From an uncultured Rivularia sp. (GTDB taxonomy: Bacteria > Cyanobacteriota > Cyanobacteriia > Cyanobacteriales > Nostocaceae): 64,000 nt of DNA. This document shows, in pieces, positions 21,535-32,595 of this stretch. Both the position numbers and the translations under genes were made by a program. The notes under the pieces were generated by a model. The model searched no databases. It was not told the DNA's origin and saw only the letters and a list, made by a program, of their open reading frames with translations. The stretch covers positions 3,392,001-3,456,000 of the forward strand of contig OY762007.1 of assembly GCA_963665115.1 (NCBI GenBank). Reading direction: 5' to 3'. Within the stretch, counting starts at the first letter, position 1. The number at the start of each line of letters is the position of its first letter.

Positions 21535-22245
21535 TTAAATCAGGAATTGACCACCGTTAACTTCGATTACGGTTCCGGTAATAAAGGAATTAGTCATCAA
21601 AAATACGGCAGCTTTACCGATATCTTCGGCTTGTCCAATTCTTCTAGCTGGAACTTCTGCTGCTTGTTGACGAAATTTTTCTCGTTCTTCTTCGGATAAA
21701 AAATCCCACATTTCGGTATCAATTGCACCAGGAATAATTGTGTTTACCCTGATTGGTGCTAGCTCTACTGCAAGTGCTTTAGCTAAACCTTCTGTTGCTG
21801 CTTGACTAGCCGTTACCATACTAGAACCTATTTCTGGTCTTCTACTTAATCCACCAGAAAGAAAGGTGATTGAGCCTTGCGATATTTTGGCAGCAGCATA
21901 ATAAGCACAAGTATAGGAACCCCAAAACTTACCATCCATGTATTTTCGAGCGTCATTGATAGATTGCTTGAGAAATTCACCTCTCGAACCCGGTGCAGCA
22001 GTAACGAATAGATGGTTTAGCTGTCCGACTTGCTCGAATAGTTGCTGTATGGATTGTTCGTTTAAGATATCGACTTGAATACCTTTTATTCCATCAATCT
22101 TAGATATAGCAGCGTCCATCTTTTCTTGCGAGTGGCTGGCAATAATTACCGATGCTCCCGCTTTGGCTGCAACTTGTGCTGCACCTAAGCCCATACCGCT
22201 GCTACCACCGACGATAACTACTGTTTGTCCTTCAAGTTCGCTCAT
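21535..22245 (-). CDS. Atypical SDR oxidoreductase
   Basis: GGSSGMG, ELAPIRVNTIIPG; no YxxxK (VTASQ). Confidence 0.9.
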   Translation of the reverse strand: MSELEGQTVVIVGGSSGMGLGAAQVAAKAGASVIIASHSQEKMDAAISKIDGIKGIQVDILNEQSIQQLFEQVGQLNHLFVTAAPGSRGEFLKQSINDARKYMDGKFWGSYTCAYYAAAKISQGSITFLSGGLSRRPEIGSSMVTASQAATEGLAKALAVELAPIRVNTIIPGAIDTEMWDFLSEEEREKFRQQAAEVPARRIGQAEDIGKAAVFLMTNSFITGTVIEVNGGQFLI

Positions 22246-22397
22246 TTTATTCAATTTTGGACTTACACAACATTAACGATAAAATTAGAATTCCAGACGT
22301 TTATAATCTCGCAATCCTACTTAAGCTCGTCCCAAAATATTCTCCTTTTTTACCTTTAACCTTTGACCTTTAACCTCTAACCTTTAACCTTTGACTT

Positions 22398-23135
22398 TTA
22401 AATATCGTATCCACCACCGACATGAAAAGTTTGTCCGGTCATCCAACGCGCATCTTTGCTGGCAACAAATGATACAACATCGGCGATGTCTTCCGGTTGT
22501 CCGATACGGTTAAAGGGAGATTGTGCGGCAGCAGCTTGGGTATCGTCACCGGAGCTTGCATACATTTCGGTTTCTGTGGGGCCAGGGGAAACTGTATTCA
22601 CGGTAATATTGCGATCGCCTAATTCCATCGCTAAAACTTTACTCATTGATTCGATAGCAGCTTTACTAGAAATGTATATACCGAAACCGGGTTGGGGACG
22701 AGGTACTAAACAGCTAGAAATATTAATGATACGTCCATTGTCGTTAAGTCTTTTTGCTGCTTCTTTCATGCAGAAAAAAGAACCTTTAGTATTGAGTCCG
22801 AAAGTTTTATCAAAATTAGTTTCGTCCATTTCCGCTATTTTACCGACATCTCCGGTACCAGCACAGTTAACAACAATATCTGGTTTACCAAACTGTTGCT
22901 CGGTAGATTCAAACAGTTTTACAACAGATTTGTAATTGCTTATATCTGCTTGAACGCTAATAGCTTCACCGTTTTTATCTTTGATTTGACCGACTACTTG
23001 ATTAGCTTTATCTTTACTACCACCGTAGTGGACGACAAGCTTTGCTCCATCTGCTGCTAAACGTATACAGATAGCGGAACCGATACCGCCAGAACCACCA
23101 GTTACAATTGCGATTTTTCCGTTTAGATTTGTCAT
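22398..23135 (-). CDS. SDR oxidoreductase
   Basis: TGGSGGIG, NCAG, YISSK. Confidence 0.95.
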   Translation of the reverse strand: MTNLNGKIAIVTGGSGGIGSAICIRLAADGAKLVVHYGGSKDKANQVVGQIKDKNGEAISVQADISNYKSVVKLFESTEQQFGKPDIVVNCAGTGDVGKIAEMDETNFDKTFGLNTKGSFFCMKEAAKRLNDNGRIINISSCLVPRPQPGFGIYISSKAAIESMSKVLAMELGDRNITVNTVSPGPTETEMYASSGDDTQAAAAQSPFNRIGQPEDIADVVSFVASKDARWMTGQTFHVGGGYDI

Positions 23136-23181
23136 GATTATGATTGAATTTAATTATAAGAAAGAAAATATTTTGACCGAT

Positions 23182-23811
23182 TTATTTAATCTCGCTCAAT
23201 AATTTTTCAGCTTCACTAATTTTGAGATTTTTGTTGTAAAGAGGAGCATTGGGTTCAAAAACAGTACTTTCGCTCAGATTCCCTATATCTTGAGGAGCAA
23301 ATCCAATTTCTTCAATTAGTTTTTTCAAAGTTTCTTTTGCTGAATCATCATCTCCAGCAATTTGAACCGCAATACGGTTTTCTCCCGATTGAAATGCTTG
23401 TTCTTCTAAAACTTTAAAGTAAATAGAATTGAAAGCTTTAACAGTTTTTGCTTTGGGAAACAAACTAGCAATATAACCTGTTGCAGTTTGTGATTCGTCA
23501 TCGATAACTTTTTGGGCTATATCTCCATCTCTTTGGGGATAAGGATTACCTGCATCGATAAGAATTTTATTATCCAAACCGCCAATTTGCTGCGCTACAT
23601 CGGGTACTTTTCCATAAGGAATTGCTAAGAGAATTACCTCACCAAAAGCAGCAGTTTCTGCTGTTGTGCCAACTTTTGCTCCTACTTGATCGGCCATCTG
23701 TTTGAGTTCTTCGGGATGTCGGGAACTAAACATTACTTCATGTCCAACTTTTGCCCAATGTTGTCCTAAAGTTCCGCCAATATTTCCAGAACCGATAATG
23801 CCGATTTTCAT
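23182..23811 (-). CDS. NADPH-dependent F420 reductase-like oxidoreductase
   Basis: MKIGIIGSGNIGG, IDAGNP, VKAFNSI, AGDD. Confidence 0.9.
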   Translation of the reverse strand: MKIGIIGSGNIGGTLGQHWAKVGHEVMFSSRHPEELKQMADQVGAKVGTTAETAAFGEVILLAIPYGKVPDVAQQIGGLDNKILIDAGNPYPQRDGDIAQKVIDDESQTATGYIASLFPKAKTVKAFNSIYFKVLEEQAFQSGENRIAVQIAGDDDSAKETLKKLIEEIGFAPQDIGNLSESTVFEPNAPLYNKNLKISEAEKLLSEIK

Positions 23812-23839
23812 GATTTTTATTGTTTTAATTTTATAGTTA

Positions 23840-24487
23840 TTACCCTTGATTCAGAAGACTGCAAATAGTATCAACATCAGTCATCACAGCATCAGCAGTA
23901 AATTTAATACTTTCCAAAGAACGCTTTCCGGCTTCATCATTTCCCGCTCCACAAGCATCCGTAACGATAACGGGAATGTAACCTCGATCCGCCCCATGAC
24001 GAATCGTTGGCTCGATACCAATTTCCGTAGCTATACCCATAACCGCAAAGGAATTAATACCGCAATCTTTTAAAGCAATATCTAAAAAAGTGCCCTCGAA
24101 AGCAGACATGGTAATCTTATCGAAAATAACTTCTGAGGGAAGAGGAGATAGTTCAGGTATCAGTTGAAAACGTTCGGAATCTCGTAAAAACCAAGGATTA
24201 ACTTTTTCAACTTTATCGGTTCCCTGCCAAGTCATTGCTTGACGCAGTTGAAAAACTCCCGCAACTTCTTTTGGTAACGACAAATGACGGCAGAAAAATA
24301 CTCGAAACCCTCCTTTACGTGCTGCTTCAAGGACTTTAAGAATATTATTTGTAATTAGTTCAGTTTTTTCTTTTGGTAGTTGGTTCATAATGCCAACCTG
24401 CATATCGTAAATTAAAAGCGCCATCTTTTCAGGATGACAAATTTCGGATAAATTTTGAGGTATTTCTAAACCAAAAGCACGTTCCAT
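23840..24487 (-). CDS. Isochorismatase-family protein lacking the catalytic Cys (YecD-like)
   Basis: LLIYDMQ, FDKITMSAF, GIATEIGIEPT, VTDAC. Confidence 0.88.
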   Translation of the reverse strand: MERAFGLEIPQNLSEICHPEKMALLIYDMQVGIMNQLPKEKTELITNNILKVLEAARKGGFRVFFCRHLSLPKEVAGVFQLRQAMTWQGTDKVEKVNPWFLRDSERFQLIPELSPLPSEVIFDKITMSAFEGTFLDIALKDCGINSFAVMGIATEIGIEPTIRHGADRGYIPVIVTDACGAGNDEAGKRSLESIKFTADAVMTDVDTICSLLNQG

Positions 24488-24538
24488 TTTATTACCCCGA
24501 TAATTTATAGTTGTACTAACGACGCACAATTTGCAAAT

Positions 24539-25306
24539 TTATTGTTCGCTATAATTCCACAACAATCCACCATCAACGTAGAAAGTTGAACCAGTAATGT
24601 ATTTAGCTTCATCGGAAGCCAGGAATGCAACTATTCCCGAAACGTCTTCCGGTTCCCCCAAACGTCCCAAAGGAATATTTTGAGTAACTTTTTTTAGCTG
24701 TTCGGGATTGTCAAGTAAACCTTGGTTGATAGGGGTTTTAATTGCTCCCGGTGCAACGTTATTAATTGTAATTCCTAAAGGTCCCAACTCTACCGCTAAA
24801 TTCCGCATAATCATTTTGACACCACCTTTACTCGCGCAATAGGAAGTAAAGTGAGGAAAAGGCAGTTCTTCATGGACGGAACTAATGTTAACAATTCTGC
24901 CTTTATTATCAGTTTCGCGAAAATGTTTAACTACTGCTTGAGTTGTAAAAAATACAGCTTTGAGATTAACATCTAATACCAAATCGTAATCATCTTCAGT
25001 GATATCCCAAAAATCGGCACGTTTTTCTAAACCTGCATTATTAACTAAAATATCAACCTTACCAAAATGACTAATGCTTTCTTGAACTAAGTTATTAATC
25101 TCCTCAACTTTACTTAAATCGGCTTTGACAATGTAACCTTCGCCACCAGCTTTTTCAACTTTTTCTTTAGTTTCTTTTGCTTCGTCGGGATGAGAACGGT
25201 AATTAACGACCACTTTCGCGCCTTCTTGCGCCAAACGTTCGCAAATCGCTTCACCGATTCCACCGCTACCACCAGTAACTATTGCAACTTTTCCTTCTAA
25301 TTTCAT
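24539..25306 (-). CDS. Glucose 1-dehydrogenase-like SDR
   Basis: NNAG, ISSVHE, YCASKGG, PGAIKTPIN. Confidence 0.92.
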   Translation of the reverse strand: MKLEGKVAIVTGGSGGIGEAICERLAQEGAKVVVNYRSHPDEAKETKEKVEKAGGEGYIVKADLSKVEEINNLVQESISHFGKVDILVNNAGLEKRADFWDITEDDYDLVLDVNLKAVFFTTQAVVKHFRETDNKGRIVNISSVHEELPFPHFTSYCASKGGVKMIMRNLAVELGPLGITINNVAPGAIKTPINQGLLDNPEQLKKVTQNIPLGRLGEPEDVSGIVAFLASDEAKYITGSTFYVDGGLLWNYSEQ

Positions 25307-25417
25307 AGTTTTAGACCTTATGGTAAATCAAGATGAAAGCAACAAAATTAGATTTAACCCAAAATCATCTGTTTGTCTTTCACATTCTTGCTCAAATTCG
25401 TCAATTATTGCTTTTTT

Positions 25418-25476
25418 AGGTTCGTAATAAGGACTTCAGTCCTTAATAGAAGAGTTGAAACTCTTACTACGAACCC
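25418..25476. repeat. Double-hairpin repeat family GGTTCGTAG...CTACGAACC (also 26236-26290, 28052-28106, 50257-50313, 55832-55891)
   Basis: Five intergenic copies with GTAG/CTAC ends enclosing two short hairpins (e.g. AGGACTTCAGTCCT, AGGGCTTTAGCCCT). Confidence 0.8.
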
Positions 25477-25521
25477 TTTTAAATTTAAGTTGGTAATAAC
25501 AATCTAAAATCCAAAATTGGA

Positions 25522-26181
25522 TCACCAAGGCAATATTTCGCCGTTAGAATGCCAAAATGTTCCGGTATTATCCATATTCAATTCATCAATTCGAGCTAAT
25601 AATCCTTTCACCGACTCCTCGGTGGTAATTCCAGAAAAGCCAGTCATGCGGGTTTTTACTAATCCTGGATGCAGAATTGCTACGGGAATATTTTTTGATT
25701 TCAAGTCTTCGGATAATGATTTACCAGCCATTGATAAAGCAACTTTCGACATCCGATAACCGTAGGAGCCACCGGAAGTGTTGTCATCAATCGAACCCAT
25801 ACGGCTGGTCATTAAGATAATTTTAGAACCCGATTTTAAGTTATTTAATAAAGCCTGAGTTAATCTTAATGGCCCAACTGCATTAACTTCAAACTGCTTG
25901 CGGATACTGTCAAAATCTAAATTATCTAAGCTAACTCGCTCGACAATCCCGGCGTTATTAATTAAAACATCGAGGGTTTTGCCGTCAAGTTTTTTAACTA
26001 ATTGAGCTACAGAAGTATCAGAAGTAATATCAACATCTGTTTCAACTTGTACGTCTAAATCTTTTAATTCATCTGATAGCGATCGACATACAGCAATCAC
26101 ATTATCACCTCTTTCTTTAAGTTGGCGACAATATTCTAAGCCGATACCTCGATTTGCACCCGTTACTAAATAAGTTGTCAT
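25522..26181 (-). CDS. SDR oxidoreductase (C-factor/CsgA-like)
   Basis: TGANRGIG, SRMGSI.DN, YRMSK, HPGLVKTRM. Confidence 0.93.
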   Translation of the reverse strand: MTTYLVTGANRGIGLEYCRQLKERGDNVIAVCRSLSDELKDLDVQVETDVDITSDTSVAQLVKKLDGKTLDVLINNAGIVERVSLDNLDFDSIRKQFEVNAVGPLRLTQALLNNLKSGSKIILMTSRMGSIDDNTSGGSYGYRMSKVALSMAGKSLSEDLKSKNIPVAILHPGLVKTRMTGFSGITTEESVKGLLARIDELNMDNTGTFWHSNGEILPW

Positions 26182-26340
26182 ATTTTTTGAAGTTCACTTA
26201 CAGTTATTTTAGATCGCAATTATTCGTTTTCTTCGGTTCGTAGTTGCGCTTCAGCGCTTCCTATAAGATGCGCTAAAGCACAACTACAAACAAATATCTT
26301 TTTAAACAAGAACAGGAAGAAAGTAATTTCAGTTATTAAT

Positions 26341-27991
26341 TCACTCCTTCAGCACTTTATGCACAAACTTAACCGCCATCGAACCTTCACCAACAGCAGA
26401 AGCAACCCGTTTGATTGACTCACAACGAACATCTCCAGCAGCAAATATTCCTTCACAACTGGTTTCTAAGAAAAACGGCTGACGCTCTCCCGCCCATGAT
26501 GGAGAATCTTTTACTTCTAATCCCGTTTTGATAAATCCTTTTTCATCAGTTTCGATTTCTTTTGGCAGCCAATTTGTATGAGGTTTGGCACCAATAAAAA
26601 CGAAAATAGAACAAGCATCTATTTGCTGTTTATCCTGAGTTTTATTGTTGGTAATTTCAACCTTACTCAACATTCCATCGCCTTTTGCACCCGTTATTTC
26701 GGTATTAGTTAAAACTTCTACATTTTTTATTTGCTCTACTCTTTGCAATAGATATTGAGACATTTTTTGAGCTAAATCGTCACCGCGTATTAATATCAAG
26801 ACTTTATCAGCAAATTGAGATAAAAATACTGCCGCTTGACCCGCTGAATTACCGCCACCAACGATAATTACTGTAGAGTCTTGGCACATTTGCGCTTCTA
26901 CTTTGGTAGCGCTGTAGTAAACCCCGGTGCCTTCATAATTTTCGATTCCGTCAACGGGAAGCCTGCGATAGGAAACCCCGGTTGCGATTAACACCGATTG
27001 TGTATTTACTTGCTCTCCATCATCAAGTTTAAGAATATAATGTTCGTCTTTTTTTTCTAAGCTGACGATTTCAGAAGGAACTGAAAATTGACTGCCAAAT
27101 TTTTGCGCTTGAATTTGCGCCCGACAAGCTAATTCGTTTCCTGATAAACCCGTAGGAAATCCGGTATAATTTTCAATTTTGGAACTGCAACCGGCTTGTC
27201 CTCCCAAACCTTCTTTTTCTAATATTATCGTGTCCAGTCCTTCTGAGGAGCCGTAAACTGCTGCGGCTAAACCCGCAGGTCCCGCACCAATGACTGCTAA
27301 ATCGTATACTTTGTTTTCAATCGGTTTTTTCATGCCGAGACATTCAGCCATTTTCCGATTGGAAGGATTTTTGGTTATCCATTCACCACCATAGACTACC
27401 ACTGGGGTTTCTTCGTGTCCGACATCGAACTGCTGAAGAATTTGCGAAACTTCCTCTTGTTGTTCTAGATCGATCCACTCAAACTCGACATGATTTTTGC
27501 TGAGAAAATCGCGAATGCGGAAAGTATCGCTACAGCTAGCTGGCCCCAACAACGCGCAATCCTATGTAATCTGAGTCTTTGAGGGCTTGAGCGCGAGCAA
27601 TAAAAGTTTGCAAAATTAAATCGCTTAAACCGGATTTCTCGTTTAAAATTCTTCTTAATTTATCCGGTGGAATTGCATAAACTTCACAATCATTTTTAGC
27701 AACTACGTTGCCAGTTGCGGGACTACCTTTGAGGTTCGCCAAATCGCCAACAAATTCTCTAGCTCCTAAAGTAACTAAAGTTCTATTTTCGCCACTGGAA
27801 CTGTCGATAACCTCAACTTCTCCCGATTTTACGATATAAAAATCGAATTCCTTTTCCCCTGCTTTAACTAAAGTTTCTCCATCTTTAAAGCTTTGGCGAT
27901 CGCCGAATTCTGCCAACTCTGAGATTTTATCTTCACTGAGTTTGGGGAAAGCTTTTTTATTCTCATTTCTATCAATTAATTCTCCAACCAT
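26341..27991 (-). pseudogene. cNMP-binding domain fused to a thioredoxin reductase-like protein, +1 frameshift near 27545
   Basis: ORF 27536-27991 is a cNMP-binding domain. Removing one G from GGGG joins GLRVVG to PASCSDTFR and the TrxB-like part (GAGPAGL, GGGNSAG, FAAGDVR). Confidence 0.85.
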
Positions 27992-28120
27992 GTCTAATAC
28001 TTCCTTTAAACGAATAAATATTACTAATACTTAATTGCATTAATTTTCTCAGGTTCGTAGTAAGGGCTTTAGCCCTAAATCCGAGGGCTAAAGCCCTTAC
28101 TATGAAGCCTATGAAAGAAA

Positions 28121-28756
28121 CTAATTGCTTGTCACAGAATCAACAAGCTCGTAAAGATGATGTTCGTTTTCTGCAATTCCTTCCCAGTAAGGAGATTCGC
28201 TACCGAATCCTGGCTGCTTCTTCAAATTTTCAATCGCTTCTTGATTGCTCCACTGTCCGTAATTAATCACGCGAGTCCCATCGAGACTGCGATGAAAATT
28301 AGCGGATACCAATCCCGGTAATTTCATTGCTTTACCAACATTCTCTTTCGCTAACTCCATCATTCGAGGTTGATTTTCGGGCTGCATTCTGAATTCAGCA
28401 AAATGGTAAATATATTTTTTATCTATTTCTGGTATACCTTCTTTCGATTCAGAAATAACTATTTCATAAACATGAATATCTGGTGGATTAAATTGTCTTA
28501 TTTTGACTGCCTTTTCTTGTACTTCGGCATTCTTGATAAAATTTTCAAAGTCTTTCGCGGTTTTCCACTGAGCGTAATTAGCAACTTTCAAACCATCTAA
28601 GCTTTTGTGAATATTGGCAGAAACAAAACCGGGCTGTTGTTTTACCGTATCGCCAAATTCAGCAATGTTATCTATTAATTCTTGCTGCTTTTCTGCTTCA
28701 ACATTAAAAATTATGATTACGGTCGCGATTTCATTTTTTGTAGCGATGGTAGGCAT
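28121..28756 (-). CDS. Tandem ABM-domain monooxygenase
   Basis: Two repeats of PG.VSAN.H.SLDG..V.NY.QW. Confidence 0.9.
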   Translation of the reverse strand: MPTIATKNEIATVIIIFNVEAEKQQELIDNIAEFGDTVKQQPGFVSANIHKSLDGLKVANYAQWKTAKDFENFIKNAEVQEKAVKIRQFNPPDIHVYEIVISESKEGIPEIDKKYIYHFAEFRMQPENQPRMMELAKENVGKAMKLPGLVSANFHRSLDGTRVINYGQWSNQEAIENLKKQPGFGSESPYWEGIAENEHHLYELVDSVTSN

Positions 28757-28858
28757 TGATATCTCCCGTTAGTTTATATCCTTCTTACCTATTTATTGAA
28801 ATTACGATAAAAAAGTGCATAAGTAAAATTGTTTTTATTAATGTACTCTGACTGAATA

Positions 28859-28880
28859 TGAACTGTATCGATACAGTTCA
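28859..28880. promoter_or_regulatory. Perfect 22-bp palindrome, probable repressor operator
   Basis: TGAACTGTATCGATACAGTTCA, 103 bp upstream of the first gene of the oxidoreductase cluster. Confidence 0.65.
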
Positions 28881-29179
28881 ATTAGAAAATGATGCCAATT
28901 TAATTAAGCTTAATTCTTACTATTGCTACTATAAATTAGATTACAAGTTTTAATCAACTTGAAAAATCATACTTTAGAAATAATTTTTTATATCAAACGA
29001 ACGAAGACTTTTTGTAAAAAAATAACTGAACAGTATATTTATTCTTTGATTGCTTAAAAGTAAAGTTTAGTATCAAAATTAACTTCATAGCAGTCAAAAG
29101 TATTAATTTAGAAATATCTTCTTTAAGTTAACAGCTTTTTAAATCAACTATCGATAATTTGAAATAGGTCAGCAATATC

Positions 29180-29497
29180 ATGTCACGTCTTCTGCAAATA
29201 GTTCAAAATACCTTTGTTCGCGTTATCGCTTTCTTCTCTGTAATATTTGGCTCCGTTTCTGGCTTTTTCGGAAAAATCTTTGGTGGTTTCGGTAAAAGTT
29301 TAGGATTTTCTGATTCTAATTCGGGATACTTCGTAGAATCCGACCAAAAACAAGCTACAGAGAAACCAGTAGAAAAAGCTAAAATACCCGTAGCAGCGGT
29401 AAAAACCCCCGAGCCTACTGTTAGCAGTAACCGCCGTCGTCCAAAAAAATCTAGTATGGACGATTTTATGAAAATGGCTAAAGAAATAAAAAAATAG
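29180..29497 (+). CDS. Hypothetical protein with amphipathic N-terminus
   Basis: Open 105-aa frame; hairpin at 29573-29600 downstream. Confidence 0.75.
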   Translation: MSRLLQIVQNTFVRVIAFFSVIFGSVSGFFGKIFGGFGKSLGFSDSNSGYFVESDQKQATEKPVEKAKIPVAAVKTPEPTVSSNRRRPKKSSMDDFMKMAKEIKK

Positions 29498-29632
29498 CCG
29501 TTAATTATCAACTGTCTGTGGAAAGGGAATAGGGAATAAGGAACAGAGAAAAGACGAATAAATAAACTTTATAACCCGGTTTTTCGATCGAATCGGGTTT
29601 CTTGATTTTGGCGTAATATAATTTGTCACAAA

Positions 29633-30241
29633 ATGTTAGAGAATGCAAAATTGGAAAAAGCAATTGAACAAGCAGCGGATTTTTTACAAAGCAAAATCAA
29701 AAAACCACCTGAATCAGAGGCTGTGGTTGAAGCTTTAATCGCAGCAGAAAAAGCGGCTAAACAAAATAAAGTAAACTATAGTTATTTGCAGTTAATCGGT
29801 GATTGGCGACTGGGGTTCATTACTGGAACTAAAAAAACTCGCAAGCGTGCGGGAGTGGTTTTAGGAGCAGGAAGATTTTTATCAAAGCTGGTAAAAATTC
29901 AACTTGCTTACAGTAAATCGGAATCGCAAGACAGGGGAAACGTTGAAAATTCCGTACAATTCGGTTTATTAAAGATAGTTTTAACTGGGCCAGTCAAATT
30001 TTGGAATAGTAAAAACATCCTCGCATTTGATTTTACCAAAATGCGGTTATCTTTATCGGGATTAAAATTATATCAAGGTTACATTCGCGGTGGAAAAGAT
30101 AGAGAAGAAAGTTTTTACCAGCAGACTTTGAAACAGCAAGCATTTTTTACCTACTTTTTAATAGAAGATAACTACATTGCAGCAAGAGGTAAAGGTGGTG
30201 GATTGGCTTTGTGGGTAAAAGAATTAGGATCTAGGAGTTAG
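29633..30241 (+). CDS. Hypothetical protein, possibly PAP/fibrillin-like
   Basis: L.G.WRL.F and AARGKGGGLALW patterns. Confidence 0.7.
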   Translation: MLENAKLEKAIEQAADFLQSKIKKPPESEAVVEALIAAEKAAKQNKVNYSYLQLIGDWRLGFITGTKKTRKRAGVVLGAGRFLSKLVKIQLAYSKSESQDRGNVENSVQFGLLKIVLTGPVKFWNSKNILAFDFTKMRLSLSGLKLYQGYIRGGKDREESFYQQTLKQQAFFTYFLIEDNYIAARGKGGGLALWVKELGSRS

Positions 30242-30301
30242 AAGTTAAGAATTATTTCTACCCCCTCTACCCCCTCTACCCCCTCTACCCCCTCTCCATC
30301 T

Positions 30302-31128
30302 TCACTTCTTCGTCATTGCCCAAACACCGCACCAATCTTCGGGAATTCCATTACACTGCAATTCTTCAACCCTTTCTAAATATAGTGCTGCGGCTTTATC
30401 TTCAGGATTCACAACCAACACTTTTTCAAAATATTCCTTGGCTTTAAGGCAATCACGAATTACGAATTACGAATTACGAATTACGAATTATATTCACTAC
30501 AGCGATAACTTTCTAATCCGTTTTCAAAGTCTGCTAGAGTTTGTAACTTTAAATCGCGAATTTCTGGCAATTCCCCATCTAATATTTCATAAATGGCGAT
30601 CGCCTCGCTTCTTCCTTTAACTACAACTCGATCTAAAAAGCGCATTTTACTAGCTTCGGAGTACCACTTTTTGCTTCTTCGGCATTGCTATCATAAAATA
30701 AAAACTGACCTCCGGTAAAATTCTTAGTTATCGCAATTTTATTAAGTGGCTCCGCACCAACATATCCACCTTTTTTATTACCAAAATAAATTGCGTTGAC
30801 ATCAAATACTTGTTTCTGTTGCCAAAATTGCTGCGCCAGCGCATCTTGGCTATTTAAATTCATTAAACCAATCTGATGAGATAGAAGATTATTTTGATTA
30901 ATTGAATGCGGTTTCACTTCGTAACTGATAAACAACGTCACCTACTGCTTCACGGTAATTCTTAAATGAAAGATACTGAACTATTCCTACTGTTCCCATG
31001 ATTTGCAATACAAATGGAACAACTAATACGGTACGCAAGGGAATTCGTTTTCCGACTGTAGCTAATTTTTGAAAAAATCCTTTTTTATCCTTACCTGTTG
31101 CTCGATCGCCCAATTTCTCTGCAACCAT
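30302..31128 (-). pseudogene. Internally deleted sensor adenylate/guanylate cyclase
   Basis: N-terminus IPLRTVLVVPFVLQI (TM sensor) is joined near 30645 to a cyclase C-terminal tail MRFLDRVVVKGRSEAIAIYE...VNPEDKAAALYLER...GVWAMTKK*. Contains frameshifts and a repeat insertion. Confidence 0.8.
30451..30491. repeat. Heptamer tract (ACGAATT)n inside the cyclase pseudogene
   Basis: Five tandem units interrupting the reading frame. Confidence 0.85.
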
Positions 31129-31556
31129 AAGTTACTCTCCTGTTTCTACAGTCTGCTTGACTTATTTTTTTTACAATTTACGTTCCGGCTTTCTGCGATG
31201 ACCCTTTACTTGCTGTATATTTTACAGCCTATTTTTATTTATAAGTATTTTTTCTGAATAATTTCAATTAGACCAATATCTTTTATCTAAAATCATTTTT
31301 AACTGTTTATCGGAACTCCCATTAAAAATATTGTTCCAAAAATTTTATTTTTATTAAGGGAGTAGGCAACAGGCAACAGCGATCGAGAGATAGGGAGAAA
31401 TTTATTCAATTAACAATTAACAACGAACAAAAAACTCATCTAACACAAATCTTAACAAAACAATAAGTATTTTTAGTGGGGACAATATCCGCGAAATTAC
31501 TTTATTATATTATTCTAAAAGTCTTTCAAAAGGTTAGTTTAGTAAATAATAATACT

Positions 31557-32562
31557 ATGAGTAATAGTCAAGATAGCAAAAGTTCAAAAAATCGACAGAT
31601 TGAAAGTTCGCAGCTAATACCAATAAACTTTGAACAAGCTGTTCCGATGATTAAAGAATTTGCTTTTGCAGAGGTTGAAAAAGAAGCAAACAAAAAGCAA
31701 CTATACTTTCATAATTATGCTCATGCAGAAGCTGTTCGACGCAGAGCAGAAATTATATTTCATGCTATTGAACCTTTTTGGGATGACATTTGTCAGGAAA
31801 CCTGCTTTATTGGACAGCAAACGGGCTAAATATTTAATTGATATTTGTGCTGCAAGTCACGATATGGTTCAAGATTTTTTACCTTTAAAATCACCTCAAA
31901 CTGCTAGACAGCGAGAAAGTGGAGTCAGCGAAAATGCGACAATTGATAAGTTAATTGATTTTATAAAAGAGTTAAATAAAAAATATAAGACTCAAAACCC
32001 CGAATTTCCTGCTTTATTTACCGAAGCAGATTTGCAAATAATTCGTAAATCAATTTCGGCTACAATTTGTCTTCTTGACACTAATGATAATTCAATTTAT
32101 CAACCAGATTTATACAACTCAGAACAAAAAATAACCTTACCAGCACGTATAATTGCACTAGCAGATATTGGTGGATTGGGGATAGATGGAATTCCAGCTT
32201 ATTTTCAAGAAGGTAGTTTGATATTGTTGGAAGAAAATCTTGACATTGTACCTTTGGTTGAAGAATTTGTTGCTGATAAAGAAAATAAGAGTAATAACAA
32301 AGAAGTATATGAAAACCTTAGACAGCGACTTTTAAAAAGGGCTAAATTTCAGATCAGCTTTGCCAAAGGGCGCTATGCCAGGTTAAATAAAGAACTTGAA
32401 GGTTTGCCTATAGAAGTGGTTTCAGCATTAAAACAAAAAGTCTTTAAATACCTCAACGAGGAAACAATTCAAGAAATAGAAGCTTTAACACCAATCGCTG
32501 CTAGTACAAGTCTGGAAAAATTGATTGAGTTTTTTGAGCTATACAAGTATATTCATAACTAG
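31557..32562 (+). pseudogene. HD-domain protein, +1 frameshift near 31798
   Basis: YFHNYAH, ASHDMVQ and ALADIG motifs are split across two ORFs; removing one A in GGAAACC joins them. Confidence 0.7.
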
Positions 32563-32595
32563 CGTTCATTGGTCAAATATATTACCAGTTTGTAT

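Noticed and set aside
27536..27552. Programmed ribosomal frameshifting between the cNMP domain and TrxB
   Set aside because: No slippery heptamer or stimulator; the same +1 homopolymer pattern occurs in unrelated genes.
14991..28756. Secondary-metabolite biosynthetic gene cluster
   Set aside because: Only tailoring-type enzymes; no PKS, NRPS, terpene synthase or precursor peptide.
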